This document shows, one piece after another, positions 17,923 to 26,853 of a stretch of 52,938 nucleotides of DNA. The DNA is from a bacterium (GTDB lineage Bacteria; CG03), in assembly GCA_043811795.1 (NCBI GenBank), contig JBDRMV010000012.1, forward strand, positions 1 through 52,938, written 5' to 3'. Under the pieces are notes generated by a model. That model saw nothing but the letters and a program-made list of their open reading frames with translations. It did no database searches and was not told the origin of the DNA. A program made the translations under genes and the position numbers. How positions within the stretch are numbered: the stretch's first letter is position 1; each line of letters begins with the position of its first letter.

Positions 17923-18882
17923 ATGAACGTTCTTTCTGCAATTATATTTATTGCCGGTTTTATACTGTTAATAAAGGGCGCTGATTTTTTAGTAGATGGC
18001 GCGTCCATCACAGCCAGGAAATTCGGCATATCGGATATGGTTATCGGATTATCAATAGTCGCGTTCGGCACATCAGCCCCTGAACTGTTTGTAAATATTT
18101 TTGCCAGCATGCAGGGAAATTCTCAGATAACCATAGGGAATATTATGGGAAGCAATATTTTTAATGCCTTCTTTATTCTTGGAATTTCAGCGGTGATATT
18201 TCCTTTGAAAGTCGCAAAAAATACCGTGCGGAAAGAAATACCCTTTAATCTGTTATCAGGAATCATTCTGTTTATTCTCGCAGCGGATATAACGAGATTG
18301 AAATTGAATCGGGGTATAATCAGCAGGAGTGACGGCGTTGTTCTTTTAATTTTATTCTGCGCATTTTTATATTACTTATTAATATCCGCCAGAAAACAGC
18401 AGGGCGCCATTCCCGCAGATTATGACAAAAAAGGCAGCGGCGCGTTAAGAATAATAATTTTAATCACCGGAGGCCTGGTATTGCTGAATGTCGGAGCAAA
18501 ATGGGTTGTAGATGGCGCAGTTAAAATAGCTGAACTGTTTAAGGTAGACAGAAGAATTATAGGCCTTACGATTGTCGCAGCAGGCACATCGCTTCCTGAA
18601 CTTGCGACGTCTGCGGTGGCTGCATTTAAGAAGCGCCCCGACATAGCGGTCGGGAATATTATTGGTTCCAACATCTTTAATATTCTTTTTATAATGGGTA
18701 TCAGCTCAATTATAAGCCCGCTGGAATTTATTGCAGTTAATTTTTTTGATTTAACCGTTGTAATCTTCTCGAGTATATTGATATTCATCACCATGTTTAC
18801 CGGAGGCAAAAGAATGCTTGACAGGTGGGAAGGAATCGGGTTTGTTGTTTTATACATAACTTATTTATGTTTTATTTTGTAG
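17923..18882 (+). CDS. CaCA-family cation/Ca2+ antiporter (second paralog)
   Basis: It has alpha-repeats AFGTSAPE and AAGTSLPE. It is a diverged paralog of 11487-12434. Confidence 0.85.
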   Translation: MNVLSAIIFIAGFILLIKGADFLVDGASITARKFGISDMVIGLSIVAFGTSAPELFVNIFASMQGNSQITIGNIMGSNIFNAFFILGISAVIFPLKVAKNTVRKEIPFNLLSGIILFILAADITRLKLNRGIISRSDGVVLLILFCAFLYYLLISARKQQGAIPADYDKKGSGALRIIILITGGLVLLNVGAKWVVDGAVKIAELFKVDRRIIGLTIVAAGTSLPELATSAVAAFKKRPDIAVGNIIGSNIFNILFIMGISSIISPLEFIAVNFFDLTVVIFSSILIFITMFTGGKRMLDRWEGIGFVVLYITYLCFIL

Positions 18883-18941
18883 GTTTATAGATTCACAAGT
18901 ATAATAAAGTTTGATTCATGGCGGAGAGGAGTCTTTAAAAA

Positions 18942-20636
18942 ATGGAAAAAAATTTTAATACGAGGCAAATGAAAAAAATAGTTAAGCCAGTATCACTTAT
19001 TTTGAGCTTAATAATATTTGCATCTATAACAAGTATTTCAGCGAGACAATATATTTTTTTGGATGAACTTGATGAATTGCTGAGAAACCGAATCGAATCA
19101 GCTATGTACTCCGGCGTTATAAAGATAGGAAATGAAGTTATATATTCCCGGAAAGCGCTTCCGCAGTTTTATGAAAAATGCGCATACATGCCTGCCTGGA
19201 TTGAAGGTGACGGGAGGTTGTCAAAGAATGCGTCCGAGCTGATAAAAGCTGTAAAAGATTCATATATGGAAGGCCTGAATCCCGGTGATTATCATATTGA
19301 GAAAATAGAGTTATTAACTAAGTACATTACCGGGGAGAAACATGGAACAAATCTGCCCAAAGTCCTTGTAGAGATTGATATTCTTCTGACAGATGTTTTT
19401 CTTATTTACGGCTCGCATCTTCTTGCGGGAAAAGTGAATCCCGAGACAATTGACTCTGAATGGATAGCTGTTAGAAGAGAGCAGGATCTGACGGAAGTTC
19501 TTCAGAAAGCATTAAAGGAAAACAACATAGAAAAAAGCCTTGCGGGACTTCTGCCTGAACATGCGGGATATTTTACGTTAAGAGAAGCTCTTTCAAAGTA
19601 CAGGAGCATTTCGGAAAAAGGCGGGTGGCAAAAGATACCTGCCGGCAAAGTCATTAAACAGGGCGACATTGATTCAAGGATTCCTGTTATATGCGAGCGT
19701 TTAAGCGCTTCCGGTGATCTCAAAGGTATAAGAGAGGATATTGACTTATTTGACGAAGCCATTAAACAGTCGGTTGAGAAATTTCAGGAACGTCACGGCC
19801 TTGAAATAACAGGTAAAATAGATGATGCTGCAATTAAAGCAATGAATGTCAGTGTTACGGAAAGAATAAGGCAGATTGAAGTAAACCTTGAGAGGTGGAG
19901 ATGGCTGCCGCAGAACCTTGGCGGAAAATATGTGCTTGTAAATATAGCCGGCTTTGAACTTGACGTTATTGATGATAAGAAAAAGATTATGAATATGCGC
20001 ATAATCGTCGGCAGGGATTACAGGCGGACACCTGTCTTCAGCGATCAGATAACGTATCTGGTTTTTAATCCTTACTGGCATGTTCCGCAGAATATAGCTG
20101 TTCAGGACATAATACAGAAAGCGCTTACTGACCCGGAATACCTTTCAAAACAGAAGATAAGAGTTTTTCAGGGGCGGGGAAGCGAAGCAAGAGAAATAGA
20201 TCCGCACACTGTTGAATGGGATAAGTTGAACGAGAATAATTTCCCGTACCGGCTCAGACAGGATCCGGGGCCCCATAATGCATTGGGAAAAGTTAAGTTT
20301 ATGTTCCCTAATAAATTTAATGTCTATCTTCATGATACGTCTGCGCCCGAATTGTTTGAAAAAAATATACGCACTTTCAGTTCGGGCTGTATACGTATAG
20401 AGAAAGCTCTTGAACTTGCTGAATATCTTCTTAACTGGTCAGGAAAGGAAATTAAAGAAGCTCTCAATCCGGGCGCGGGAAAAACAGTGAAACTTAAAAA
20501 TCCGGTACCCGTGCATATACTCTACTGGACAGCGTGGTCGGATGATAACGGAAAAATTAATTTCAGAGAAGATATATATAAAAGGGACTTGAAATTGTAT
20601 ACTGCGCTGAAAGAGAAATATGAGGAATCAAAATGA
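18942..20636 (+). CDS. L,D-transpeptidase, YcbB/LdtD-like, with a peptidoglycan-binding domain
   Basis: It has a PG_binding_1-like segment (VEKFQERHGLEITGKIDDAAIKAMN) and the YkuD catalytic motif HDTSAPELF...FSSGCIRI. Confidence 0.85.
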   Translation: MEKNFNTRQMKKIVKPVSLILSLIIFASITSISARQYIFLDELDELLRNRIESAMYSGVIKIGNEVIYSRKALPQFYEKCAYMPAWIEGDGRLSKNASELIKAVKDSYMEGLNPGDYHIEKIELLTKYITGEKHGTNLPKVLVEIDILLTDVFLIYGSHLLAGKVNPETIDSEWIAVRREQDLTEVLQKALKENNIEKSLAGLLPEHAGYFTLREALSKYRSISEKGGWQKIPAGKVIKQGDIDSRIPVICERLSASGDLKGIREDIDLFDEAIKQSVEKFQERHGLEITGKIDDAAIKAMNVSVTERIRQIEVNLERWRWLPQNLGGKYVLVNIAGFELDVIDDKKKIMNMRIIVGRDYRRTPVFSDQITYLVFNPYWHVPQNIAVQDIIQKALTDPEYLSKQKIRVFQGRGSEAREIDPHTVEWDKLNENNFPYRLRQDPGPHNALGKVKFMFPNKFNVYLHDTSAPELFEKNIRTFSSGCIRIEKALELAEYLLNWSGKEIKEALNPGAGKTVKLKNPVPVHILYWTAWSDDNGKINFREDIYKRDLKLYTALKEKYEESK

Positions 20637-21613
20637 ACAGGAAAATATTTTTAAAAAAACTGTTATATCCCGGCATAAGCGCATTATTAGTATGTTTCTT
20701 TATAACATGTCATCTAAAAGCGGAAATCAATAACCCTTCTCCGGGATTCAGCTTAGAGTTTAAAAAGGAGACCTGTCCGTATGATATTGCGGGGGTATTT
20801 GTCATGCCCGGCGAGGATATAAAATTTAAAGCTGTCAGCAAAGAACAAACTTTACAAAAATATTCCGTTAAGGCTTCCACGGGGCATATTAAAAGCATAT
20901 CCGGGAATGAGTGGGAATGGAAAGCCCCGAGAGCCAAGGGACTATATAAAATCGAAATTACGGATATCAAAAAAAATACCGCTATAACAATGAACGTATT
21001 TGTCAAGGTGCCCCGCGCGGAAAAGAAAGGCGAATATCTTAACGGGTACAGGATAGGATACTACGAAAAAATTGCGTTAAAAAAGCTGGCAATATACAAA
21101 ATACCCGAAGGGTTCATTGAAGTGACAAAAGATAATGAGGACACGCTTATATCGCCGCATTTAAAACTGAAACAGTTTGTATGCAAACAGAAAAGCGGTT
21201 ACCCCAAATATGTTGTAATAAAAGAGCGGCTGATATTCAAACTGGAGCTGCTGTTGGAAAAACTGAATGAGAAGGGATACAAAACAGACACGATTCAGAT
21301 AATGAGCGGTTACAGAACGCCTTACTACAATAAAGCGATAGGCAATGTTAAATACAGCAGGCATCTGTACGGAGGGGCAGCCGATATTTTTGTTGACGAG
21401 AATCCCAAAGACGGCAGGATGGACGACCTTAATAAAGACGGGAAGATAGATTATCACGACGCAATTATTATTTATGATATAATTGATTCAATGTACGGCA
21501 AGGAGTGGTATAAAGTCTTTCACGGCGGACTCGGGTGGTATAAGAAGACAAAGAAGCACGGCCCGTTTGTACACGTTGACGTCAGGGGATTCAGGGCAAG
21601 ATGGGGAGATTAA
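20633..21613 (+). CDS. DUF882 / peptidase M15A (YcbK/MepK-like) with an extra N-terminal domain
   Basis: It has the C-terminal motifs SGYRTPYYN, SRHLYGGAADI and FVHVDVRG. Pairing with a YcbB-type transpeptidase is the usual arrangement. Confidence 0.8.
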   Translation: MNRKIFLKKLLYPGISALLVCFFITCHLKAEINNPSPGFSLEFKKETCPYDIAGVFVMPGEDIKFKAVSKEQTLQKYSVKASTGHIKSISGNEWEWKAPRAKGLYKIEITDIKKNTAITMNVFVKVPRAEKKGEYLNGYRIGYYEKIALKKLAIYKIPEGFIEVTKDNEDTLISPHLKLKQFVCKQKSGYPKYVVIKERLIFKLELLLEKLNEKGYKTDTIQIMSGYRTPYYNKAIGNVKYSRHLYGGAADIFVDENPKDGRMDDLNKDGKIDYHDAIIIYDIIDSMYGKEWYKVFHGGLGWYKKTKKHGPFVHVDVRGFRARWGD

Positions 21614-21625
21614 TAAGGAAATACA

Positions 21626-22783
21626 ATGATGCGTAAAAATAACAGGTGTGTCGTCTTAGTCGCGGTGTTGATGAGTTTTGTTTGTGTCCGTTACGGTTTT
21701 TGTTCGGAAATGACGCTTGATGGGCTTGTCATGATGATGGAGGATAAAAACAGCAGTTTCGAGAAAGAAGTAAACGATATAGTGATGCATCTTACATCGC
21801 AGGAACTTATGCCTGACGGGTTAAAAGCCACAAGCAGGATAAAATTCATGCGTAAAGGAAATAAGACAAAAGAAATCGTAACAACGGAATTTAAAGAATA
21901 TTCCGGAAGCAAAGAAAAGCCCTTTAAATTAACAAGCATGGCAATTGACGACGGTGAAAGCAGATGGATTTTTGAGCCGTCGATATTCAGGTGGATTCCG
22001 ACATTCGAAGATGATGTTTATATAGTTGACATAATTGACCTTATGAAGTGGCACAATGATTTGACGGAAAAAACAAAGTTTGTAGGACAGGAGATGATTG
22101 ATGATATACCTGCATATCTTGTCGATATACCCGGAGAGGACGGAGATTATACGAAAATATGGGTTGATAAACAGCGGATGGTTGTTCTGAAAGTTGAATA
22201 CAGGGATAATGAAGGCAATGTAACAGCAGAAATATTTTCCGATATCAGAAAGGTTAAGAAGAAGTGGGATTTGCCGTTCAGGGTTGAGACCAAAAAGAAC
22301 GGTGAACTGATGCAGACACTTTTGGTGGACTCAGTCAAAATTAATACGGGGCTTTCCGACAGAATTTTTATACCTCCCAAAGGCACTATATGGGAAGAGG
22401 AACGGGCGGTAATATACAGGGATATGCCCCCCGAAGATAAAATGACCGATGAACTGCGCGAGAATGTAATTATTTATCCTGAAAGTGAAATTACCAAGGT
22501 AATCGACGGCCGGGAAAAAGGACTCGCATTGATAGTGAAGTTCAGGGCAAATGTTAAATACAAAAAGTTGTATAAATTCTTTGAAAAAGGTCTGGAATCC
22601 GACGGCTGGCAGATTACCGACAGTTTTATAGCGAAGTACAGAAAAAGCGGGGTGCTGTCGTGGATATCTGCGGAAAGGGATGGAGTGTCGGTTGAGGTCA
22701 CGATTGCAGGCGCTGATAAAAAAAGAGATTTTGTTCAGGGTGTAATAACATATTATAATTCGGATTATGAGAATAAAAAATAG
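21626..22783 (+). CDS. Secreted protein, possibly LolA-like fold (outer-membrane lipoprotein-sorting-like) plus a C-terminal domain
   Basis: It has a signal peptide and a beta-rich body. This is a weak recollection-level resemblance only. Confidence 0.4.
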   Translation: MMRKNNRCVVLVAVLMSFVCVRYGFCSEMTLDGLVMMMEDKNSSFEKEVNDIVMHLTSQELMPDGLKATSRIKFMRKGNKTKEIVTTEFKEYSGSKEKPFKLTSMAIDDGESRWIFEPSIFRWIPTFEDDVYIVDIIDLMKWHNDLTEKTKFVGQEMIDDIPAYLVDIPGEDGDYTKIWVDKQRMVVLKVEYRDNEGNVTAEIFSDIRKVKKKWDLPFRVETKKNGELMQTLLVDSVKINTGLSDRIFIPPKGTIWEEERAVIYRDMPPEDKMTDELRENVIIYPESEITKVIDGREKGLALIVKFRANVKYKKLYKFFEKGLESDGWQITDSFIAKYRKSGVLSWISAERDGVSVEVTIAGADKKRDFVQGVITYYNSDYENKK

Positions 22784-22914
22784 AAACTTTCGTTGAGTAT
22801 TCCAGCAACGAGATTTATCACGAATCTTTGCCCGTAGACGCGTATTCAGGCAGATACGCTGAAATCCAGGGCGAAAGGTTGACAGTCAAAGCAGAAACTC
22901 TTAAACGCCGCCGC

Positions 22915-22954
22915 CACATTTCTTACTTCTGTAAATTTGATATAATAGAATAAC
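22915..22954 (+). promoter_or_regulatory. Extended -10 promoter of the restriction-modification island
   Basis: TGaTATAAT lies at 22938-22946, 8 nt before the ATG at 22955. The mRNA is therefore leaderless or nearly leaderless. Confidence 0.4.
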
Positions 22955-23878
22955 ATGCGAAACAATGGTTCTATGGCAAAGCCTTTCCTGAAATGGGCAG
23001 GAGGAAAAACTCAGCTTTTAAATGAACTAGAAAAACGGTTACCACACAAAAATAGGAGTACAGGCATAATTGAGCGATATATTGAGCCATTTGTAGGCGG
23101 TGGAGCATTATATTTTTACCTTGAAAGCATATATAAAATTAAAACAGCATATTTAATTGATAACAATCAAGATTTAATTTTAACATATAAGGTTGTACAA
23201 AAAGAACATAAAAAGTTAATAAGGGAACTTGAGCGGCTTCAAGAGATTTATCTCCAGAAGAGCTCGGTAGGCCGTCAAGAATATTATTATCAGATAAGAG
23301 ACGAATATAATAAACAAAAAGACAAAATCAATTATAGCCGGTTTTCAGATATCTGGATTACAAGGGCGAGTTACCTAATATTGCTTAATAAAACCTGCTT
23401 TAATGGTTTATATCGCCTAAATAGGAAAGGAGAATTTAATGTTCCTCATGGCAGATATAAGAATCCCAAAATCTGCGATAGCAATAATATTGGCAATGTA
23501 AACAGGATTTTAGCTAAAACTCATATCGTTTGCGCGGATTTTTCAAAATGCAAAGATTACGCAAGGAAAGACACTCTCATTTATTTTGATCCCCCCTATC
23601 GCCCCCTCACCGCAACATCAAGTTTTACTACTTATACACCGGATGGTTTTTGCGATAAAGACCAAATCAGGTTAGCGAAACTTTGTAAAAATCTTTCTCA
23701 AAAAGGTGCTTTTGTTCTGCTCAGTAATTCAGACCCGACCAATGAAAATATAGACGATACCTTTTTCGATAAGATATATAGAAGTTTTAACATCAAGCGT
23801 GTATTGGCGAATCGCATGATTAATTGTAACGGAAATAAGAGAGGGCATATTCAAGAATTATTGATAGCTAATTATTAG
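22955..23878 (+). CDS. Dam-family (D12 class) N6-adenine DNA methyltransferase
   Basis: It has KPFLKWAGGKTQLL, EPFVGGGA (motif I) and the catalytic FDPPY. Confidence 0.9.
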   Translation: MRNNGSMAKPFLKWAGGKTQLLNELEKRLPHKNRSTGIIERYIEPFVGGGALYFYLESIYKIKTAYLIDNNQDLILTYKVVQKEHKKLIRELERLQEIYLQKSSVGRQEYYYQIRDEYNKQKDKINYSRFSDIWITRASYLILLNKTCFNGLYRLNRKGEFNVPHGRYKNPKICDSNNIGNVNRILAKTHIVCADFSKCKDYARKDTLIYFDPPYRPLTATSSFTTYTPDGFCDKDQIRLAKLCKNLSQKGAFVLLSNSDPTNENIDDTFFDKIYRSFNIKRVLANRMINCNGNKRGHIQELLIANY

Positions 23879-23894
23879 AATATTGATGTGAAAT

Positions 23895-24416
23895 ATGATA
23901 AATAAAGGTAAGGGTGGAGCAAATACAAAAACTGGTCTAGTTTTTGAGGGAAAAACAGATTTAGCTACTTTTCTTAATGCACAGAAAAATTATCGTGTTA
24001 CTAATGGGGTGGTTTATTTTCGTGGTGAATCTGTTGCACGTATATTTAAAAAACATCAGCTATATAAATTTATTGAGGAATACAAAATTGACTGGAGAAA
24101 GATTCTCTCAAAGAAGTTATTACCTGACGATTCAATATATGTAATTATTAAAAATACGCTTTATATTATTGAATGTAAATTTCAAAAAGTGGCTGGTTCC
24201 GTAGATGAGAAATTGCAAACCTGTGATTTTAAAAAGAAACAGTATCAAAAGCTTTTTTCTCGAGCCAATATCGAAGTGGAATATATATATCTTTTAAATG
24301 ATTGGTTTAAAAAACCACAATACAAAGATGTTTTAGATTATATTATTAGTGTACGGTGTCAGTACTATTTCAATTATATACCGTTAGCAAAGTTAGGTTT
24401 ACCAATCCCTAAATAG
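23895..24416 (+). CDS. Putative type II restriction endonuclease (PD-(D/E)xK)
   Basis: It sits between two methylase genes. It has a PD...ECK signature (LPDDSIYVIIKNTLYIIECKFQK). I did not recognise the family. Confidence 0.55.
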   Translation: MINKGKGGANTKTGLVFEGKTDLATFLNAQKNYRVTNGVVYFRGESVARIFKKHQLYKFIEEYKIDWRKILSKKLLPDDSIYVIIKNTLYIIECKFQKVAGSVDEKLQTCDFKKKQYQKLFSRANIEVEYIYLLNDWFKKPQYKDVLDYIISVRCQYYFNYIPLAKLGLPIPK

Positions 24417-24428
24417 TATTTTTATTAA

Positions 24429-25184
24429 ATGTCTAACTCCAAGATACAACCTGATAACTTTGAAATAGAGACTACAACAGTATGGTCATTTCCGAAAAGA
24501 GGGAATTGGGCAACGCATAATGGAAAATTCAGAGGCAATTTTGCTCCGCAGATACCGCGTAATTTAATTATACGATATTCAAAAGTGGGAGACTGGGTGC
24601 TTGATCCGATGGTAGGAAGTGGCACTACTCTTGTAGAATGTATATTAACGGGTCGGAATATTATAGGGCTGGATATAAATCCGGAAATTGTAAAAATTGC
24701 CAGAAGAGCAATGCATTTTAAAAGACCATATAATGTTGCTAAAACGAAATATAGTATCAGGGTTGGCGATTCAAGAAAAATAGCAGGAATAAAAGACGAA
24801 TCAATAGATTTAATTATCACACATCCGCCATATGCGGATATTATCAAATATAGCGATAAGAAAATTGAAGGTGACCTATCTAATATTCATAACATTGATA
24901 TGTTCTGCCTTGAGATGAAGAAAGTCGCTGCTGAATGTTATAGGGTTCTAAAACAAAAAAAATACTGCGGCATTTTAATTGGAGATACCCGCCGGCAAAA
25001 GTATTATCAGCCAATGGCTTACGGTGTAATGCAGGCTTTTATTGACTCAGGCTTTAAATTGAAAGAAGACATTATTAAACATCAATGGAACTGTAAAACT
25101 ACTCCGTACTGGATGAAGATGTCCAAAATTTATAATTTTTTGCTGATAATGCACGAACATTTGTTTATTTTTGAGAAAAGCTGA
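24429..25184 (+). CDS. Second DNA (amino-)methyltransferase of the island
   Basis: VLDPMVGSGTTLVEC (AdoMet motif I) is followed about 70 aa later by ITHPPYADI (motif IV, (D/N/S/H)PPY). Confidence 0.75.
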   Translation: MSNSKIQPDNFEIETTTVWSFPKRGNWATHNGKFRGNFAPQIPRNLIIRYSKVGDWVLDPMVGSGTTLVECILTGRNIIGLDINPEIVKIARRAMHFKRPYNVAKTKYSIRVGDSRKIAGIKDESIDLIITHPPYADIIKYSDKKIEGDLSNIHNIDMFCLEMKKVAAECYRVLKQKKYCGILIGDTRRQKYYQPMAYGVMQAFIDSGFKLKEDIIKHQWNCKTTPYWMKMSKIYNFLLIMHEHLFIFEKS

Positions 25185-25190
25185 ATCAAA

Positions 25191-26468
25191 ATGCCTGAAA
25201 AACAAGACAGTTTCAAACATTCAAGCAAAAAAGTCTACATCAAAACTTTCGGGTGTCAGATGAATTTTGCCGACAGCGGGATGATGAAGAACCTGCTTGC
25301 TGACAGCGGTTTTGAATTCACCGAAAAACCGGAAGAAGCAAACTTGATAATTTTCAATTCCTGCAGCGTCAGGGCACACGCCGAGAACCGTCTTTTTTCA
25401 AACATCGGGCTCTTTATGAAAAAATATCCTCAGGCGAAATTCATCCTTGCGGGATGCACCGCAAAAAGATTCGGTCAGAAAATTTTTAAAAGGTTCCCGC
25501 TTATAGCGGCGGTTATAGGCCCAACTGACGAACCGGCAATTTCCGAAATAGCGGGGGAAGTCCTTAACGGCGGGAGGGTTGCCGCCTTAGGCGAAAGTGA
25601 ATATCCCGTGATTGCAAGAACCGGAGGCGTCAGCGAATTTGTCGTTATCCAGAGGGGCTGCAACAATTTCTGCTCGTACTGCGTGGTGCCTTACTTGAGA
25701 GGAGCGGAAAAATACAGACCTCCCGAAGACATACTGCGTGAGGCATCAAACCTTGCAGAAAAAGGCACAAAAGAAATTGTGTTACTGGGACAAAACGTAA
25801 ATTCTTACAGGGGGGACAAAAACGTCCCTGATTTTCCTGCGCTGCTTCGGGAAATTTCAAAAATCAAAAACATTCGGAGGATAAGATTCCTTACCTCACA
25901 CCCGAAGGACTTATCCGATAAGTTGATTGACGAAATTGCGGAAAACCCGAAGGTCGCGCGGCACATCCACCTGCCCGTCCAAAGCGGTTCCGACAAAATC
26001 CTCCGCCTTATGAACAGGGGTTACACAAAAGAGAATTACCTGAACATTATCCGGAAACTGAAGAAAAGAATTCCCGGCATCTCTTTGACCACAGACATTA
26101 TCTGCGGATTCCCGACCGAAGAAGAGGGCGATTTTGAGCAGACCGTCTCGCTCGTTGAAGAAGCGGGTTTCGACGGCATTTACGTTTTTATGTACAGCCC
26201 GAGAACCGGAACCGGCGCTGCGAAAATGAAAGACGACGTGCCCGAAAACATAAAAAAGGAGCGGCAGCAGAAAATTCTTCTCCTCGCAAAGAACCTCTCC
26301 CTCAAAAGCGCGGAAAAATTCCGGGGACGGGAAATAAAAGTCCTTTTTGAAAGAGACGGTATTGGACATTCCTCCGAAAATTTTTTAGTATTTAAAGATG
26401 GCGCCGGCAAGGGCGGGTTCCTTGATTTAAGAATCAGGGATATCTTAAAATGGCGCCTGATAGCGTAA
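25191..26468 (+). CDS. miaB: tRNA-i6A37 methylthiotransferase (MiaB family radical SAM)
   Basis: It has a UPF0004 N-domain (YIKTFGCQMN), the radical-SAM motif GCNNFCSYCVVP and a TRAM-like C-terminus. Confidence 0.88.
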   Translation: MPEKQDSFKHSSKKVYIKTFGCQMNFADSGMMKNLLADSGFEFTEKPEEANLIIFNSCSVRAHAENRLFSNIGLFMKKYPQAKFILAGCTAKRFGQKIFKRFPLIAAVIGPTDEPAISEIAGEVLNGGRVAALGESEYPVIARTGGVSEFVVIQRGCNNFCSYCVVPYLRGAEKYRPPEDILREASNLAEKGTKEIVLLGQNVNSYRGDKNVPDFPALLREISKIKNIRRIRFLTSHPKDLSDKLIDEIAENPKVARHIHLPVQSGSDKILRLMNRGYTKENYLNIIRKLKKRIPGISLTTDIICGFPTEEEGDFEQTVSLVEEAGFDGIYVFMYSPRTGTGAAKMKDDVPENIKKERQQKILLLAKNLSLKSAEKFRGREIKVLFERDGIGHSSENFLVFKDGAGKGGFLDLRIRDILKWRLIA

Positions 26469-26524
26469 AACGGACGCCACCCTCCCACCACCCTGAAGAG
26501 GAAAAAGAAATTGGAGGTTATGAT

Positions 26525-26836
26525 ATGTCACAGATAAAATTACTTTTTGCTTTAGCCCTGCTCGTCGGCATCACCCTGCTTACGGTTTTTGCCCCCCCGA
26601 ATATTTCCGAATTACCGCCGATGATGCTCGTTGTGGTATCGCTGTTCCTGGGAGCCGCTGTCTCAGCAGTCGTCGGAATAGCGGAAAACGTCGGGTTGCG
26701 GAAGAACATAAAAAAACAGAAAAAGGAAACAGAACTTCTACAGGAAAAAATACAGAAACTGCAGCTTCAAATACGAGAATTTGAAGAGCAGAAAGAAGAA
26801 AAACAAACAAAAGAAAACCCGCCTGACTACATTTAG
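26525..26836 (+). CDS. Small two-TM protein with a coiled-coil tail (LapA/DUF1049-like)
   Basis: SD GGAGG lies upstream of the ATG at 26525. It has two hydrophobic helices and then a KKQKKETELLQEKIQKLQLQ helix. Confidence 0.5.
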   Translation: MSQIKLLFALALLVGITLLTVFAPPNISELPPMMLVVVSLFLGAAVSAVVGIAENVGLRKNIKKQKKETELLQEKIQKLQLQIREFEEQKEEKQTKENPPDYI

Positions 26837-26853
26837 CGCCGGGGGAATTTGAA

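Noticed and set aside
22955-25184. Assigning GATC specificity to the RM island from the Dam-like methylase
   Set aside because: Dam-family enzymes include non-GATC specificities. GATC occurs within the island and elsewhere in the window. I cannot compute under-representation here.
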